52,113 bases of DNA from assembly GCA_046761065.1 (NCBI GenBank), contig JBHIFL010000021.1, positions 1 to 52,113 on the forward strand. The letters run 5' to 3'. The translations under genes and the position numbers were made by a program. Position 1 is the first letter of the stretch. Every line of letters begins with the position of its first letter. This stretch comes from Candidatus Heimdallarchaeota archaeon. Its GTDB lineage: Archaea; Asgardarchaeota; Wukongarchaeia; Wukongarchaeales; JBHIFL01. A model generated the notes under the pieces. It was given only the letters and a program-made list of their open reading frames with translations, was not told the DNA's origin and did not search any database. Shown piece by piece: positions 50,198-52,113 of the stretch.

Positions 50198-51655
50198 CTA
50201 ATTCTTTTTGATTTTTCGCTTTTTCAATAGTTTTGTAGTTGCTATAAAGAAAAAAGTGGCAAGGGTTAGAACAGGCGTGATCCAAGGGATTGTTAATTCG
50301 TCAGTGGGAATTGGGGGGATTGTGGACTCTGTAACCCACGTCCTTCCCCCCGTGCTGAAGCTTCTTAGCGCAATTCCGTCAGCAAAGATAAGATCCAAGA
50401 ACCCATCCCTTTCAACATCAGCTACGTCAAGATCAGTAATACTGTTGAATGTAGAAATCGTTGTGAGAATCTCGCCCATTTTACCATCTAAGATATAGAT
50501 AGTATTATCACTTGCCCCGATTACTGCATCCGAGATGCCATCCCCATTGAAATCACCGGTCTTAACAATACGAATCCACCCACCTACTTTAGCAGTCGTC
50601 CAGAGCTCAGTTCCATCCATTCCATTGATGGTAGTAACTGTCTGGTTGTAAGAACCTGTTAGAATATCATTTTGCACCCCATCTCCATCAAAGTCCCCAA
50701 GAGCGATGCTTCGGATGACACCCCCCACCGTAAACTGCCAAATTTCTTGCCCCGTCCTCCCATCAAAGACATAGAGCTTACCATCCGCACAAGCGGCAAG
50801 TACCTCTATGCGGTGATCTTTATTGATGTCCGCGGCAATAAGGCTCCAAACCCCCGCTCTAGGCGCAGGATTCCTCCACATGAGTTCTCCATCCGCACCT
50901 TTGTAACTAAACACATTGGATGCGTCACCAATAACAATGTCTATTCGGGAATCATTATCTAAATCACCTAAAGCAATTGCGTAGGAGAGATTGATTATAA
51001 CCTCTTCCTTGGGGCGTCGCCACAAAAGGGTCCCATCTACTCCATCGATGCAGTAAATGTGCCAGTCATCTGATCCGGCGATGATATCATCGATGCCATC
51101 TCCAGTAAAATCCGCGGTTTCTATAGTTCTGATAACTTCTTGGGGGGCGTTCTCGCTCTTACCACCAAATTTCCAAAGGAGAGTGCCTGTTGCCCCTTGA
51201 ATTGCAGTAACATTTCGATCAAACCCCCCGGCAATCACATCTTCCTTTGCATCCCCATCGAGATTGCCTATCGATAGACTGAAAACGCGACCAACAGGGT
51301 CGGTATTGTTCCAGATCATGCTCCCAGTTCGTCCATCTATGGCAACGACGTACGACGAGGCCCCTGCAACTACATCAAGTAGCTGATCCCCATTGACATC
51401 TCCAAGCTGGATAGTTAAAAACGCATTAGCGGCGTCCATCCAGACCCATTTAGGTTGCAGTTTTAACAATAGACTCTGTTGACTCCTGATCGATCTCTCA
51501 GTAACATATAATGAATGATTTTTGTCGATCTTTGTGGACAGCAGGTCACGACTTGAATGAGCTCCTGGTGACGTAGGAAAAGGGTTCATAATAGTGATAT
51601 GGAGCATTGTTGTGGTAATAAATAGTAATAGCAACGTTTTAATTTTCAGCTTCAT
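50198..51655 (-). CDS. Secreted FG-GAP/PQQ-like beta-propeller protein with C-terminal membrane anchor
   Basis: Signal peptide; eight DxxGDG.xD-type motifs, most followed by IDG.TG..LW; TM followed by KKRKIKKN. Confidence 0.92.
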   Translation of the reverse strand: MKLKIKTLLLLFITTTMLHITIMNPFPTSPGAHSSRDLLSTKIDKNHSLYVTERSIRSQQSLLLKLQPKWVWMDAANAFLTIQLGDVNGDQLLDVVAGASSYVVAIDGRTGSMIWNNTDPVGRVFSLSIGNLDGDAKEDVIAGGFDRNVTAIQGATGTLLWKFGGKSENAPQEVIRTIETADFTGDGIDDIIAGSDDWHIYCIDGVDGTLLWRRPKEEVIINLSYAIALGDLDNDSRIDIVIGDASNVFSYKGADGELMWRNPAPRAGVWSLIAADINKDHRIEVLAACADGKLYVFDGRTGQEIWQFTVGGVIRSIALGDFDGDGVQNDILTGSYNQTVTTINGMDGTELWTTAKVGGWIRIVKTGDFNGDGISDAVIGASDNTIYILDGKMGEILTTISTFNSITDLDVADVERDGFLDLIFADGIALRSFSTGGRTWVTESTIPPIPTDELTIPWITPVLTLATFFFIATTKLLKKRKIKKN

Positions 51656-52113
51656 ACCCTCGATCCTTTTCCATCAATCATGAGATCGCATAGGGATAAT
51701 CCTGATAAACAAAAAAGAGTTTCGCTTTGTTGATCAGATCTAAAACCACTTTTATATGCCGGATTTTTTAATGATGTTTTTGAAAAATTGCTTTTAAGGG
51801 CTTTCACGACACACACCATTCACAAACTGGCTACCACAAAGTAGATGATCCATCTGGAGATTACAATAACCTATAAACCCCATATGAATTTTCCCAAAAA
51901 TTTGGAAGACATTTAAGAGAAATCTAACCACCACAAGATCAATGTCTTAAGCAAGTGTGATCATAGTATCTTTCGGGGTTCCAATTTATACAAATGACGA
52001 CCATGAAACTGAAAAATACCAGAGCGTCTGAGCGTCGTTAATTATAGAGTAGCATTTATGACTAGTGCTCTGTTACACTCACAATGAGGGGGGGGATATA
52101 TATCTAGATATTA

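Noticed and set aside
1-52113. Genome-wide stop-codon reassignment (TAG or TGA)
   Set aside because: Conserved genes end at these codons, for example pccB GNIPL-TAG, birA-TAG and 5S-TGA. The interrupted genes also show frameshifts and a TAA, which points to decay.
1-52113. CRISPR array, tRNA/rRNA, transposase, integrase, DGR
   Set aside because: No regularly spaced repeats, cloverleaf or T-loop context, DDE or tyrosine-recombinase motifs, or reverse transcriptase were seen by eye. A covariance-model scan could still find small RNAs.

Overview
Gene-dense archaeal chromosomal window, most consistent with an Asgard archaeon. Supporting genes are a Rag-like GTPase-roadblock fusion, a Rab-like small GTPase, an HMf-type histone, a GGPP-synthase-like prenyltransferase, fae-hps, an ER-type signal peptidase and large C-terminally anchored surface proteins; the lineage call is inference. 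The window holds: (i) the 5' part of a large secreted protein running off the left edge; (ii) a GC-rich ~1000-codon HEAT-repeat reading frame interrupted by two in-frame stops; (iii) a HEPN/MNT toxin-antitoxin patch; (iv) an mce-birA-12S-5S-BCCP operon with no biotin carboxylase (transcarboxylase-like), whose biotin carrier has decayed; (v) housekeeping genes (guaB, idsA-like, HAD, MFS, M28 peptidase, CinA-like, GDPD, OYE); (vi) two small GTPases that both carry Arg at the P-loop Lys; (vii) a kinase-like / multi-pass signal peptidase / unannotated 45-aa peptide cluster; and (viii) several pseudogenes at the right end. No rRNA, tRNA, CRISPR array, integrase or transposase was recognised. Family calls come from motif recognition by eye, not database searches.
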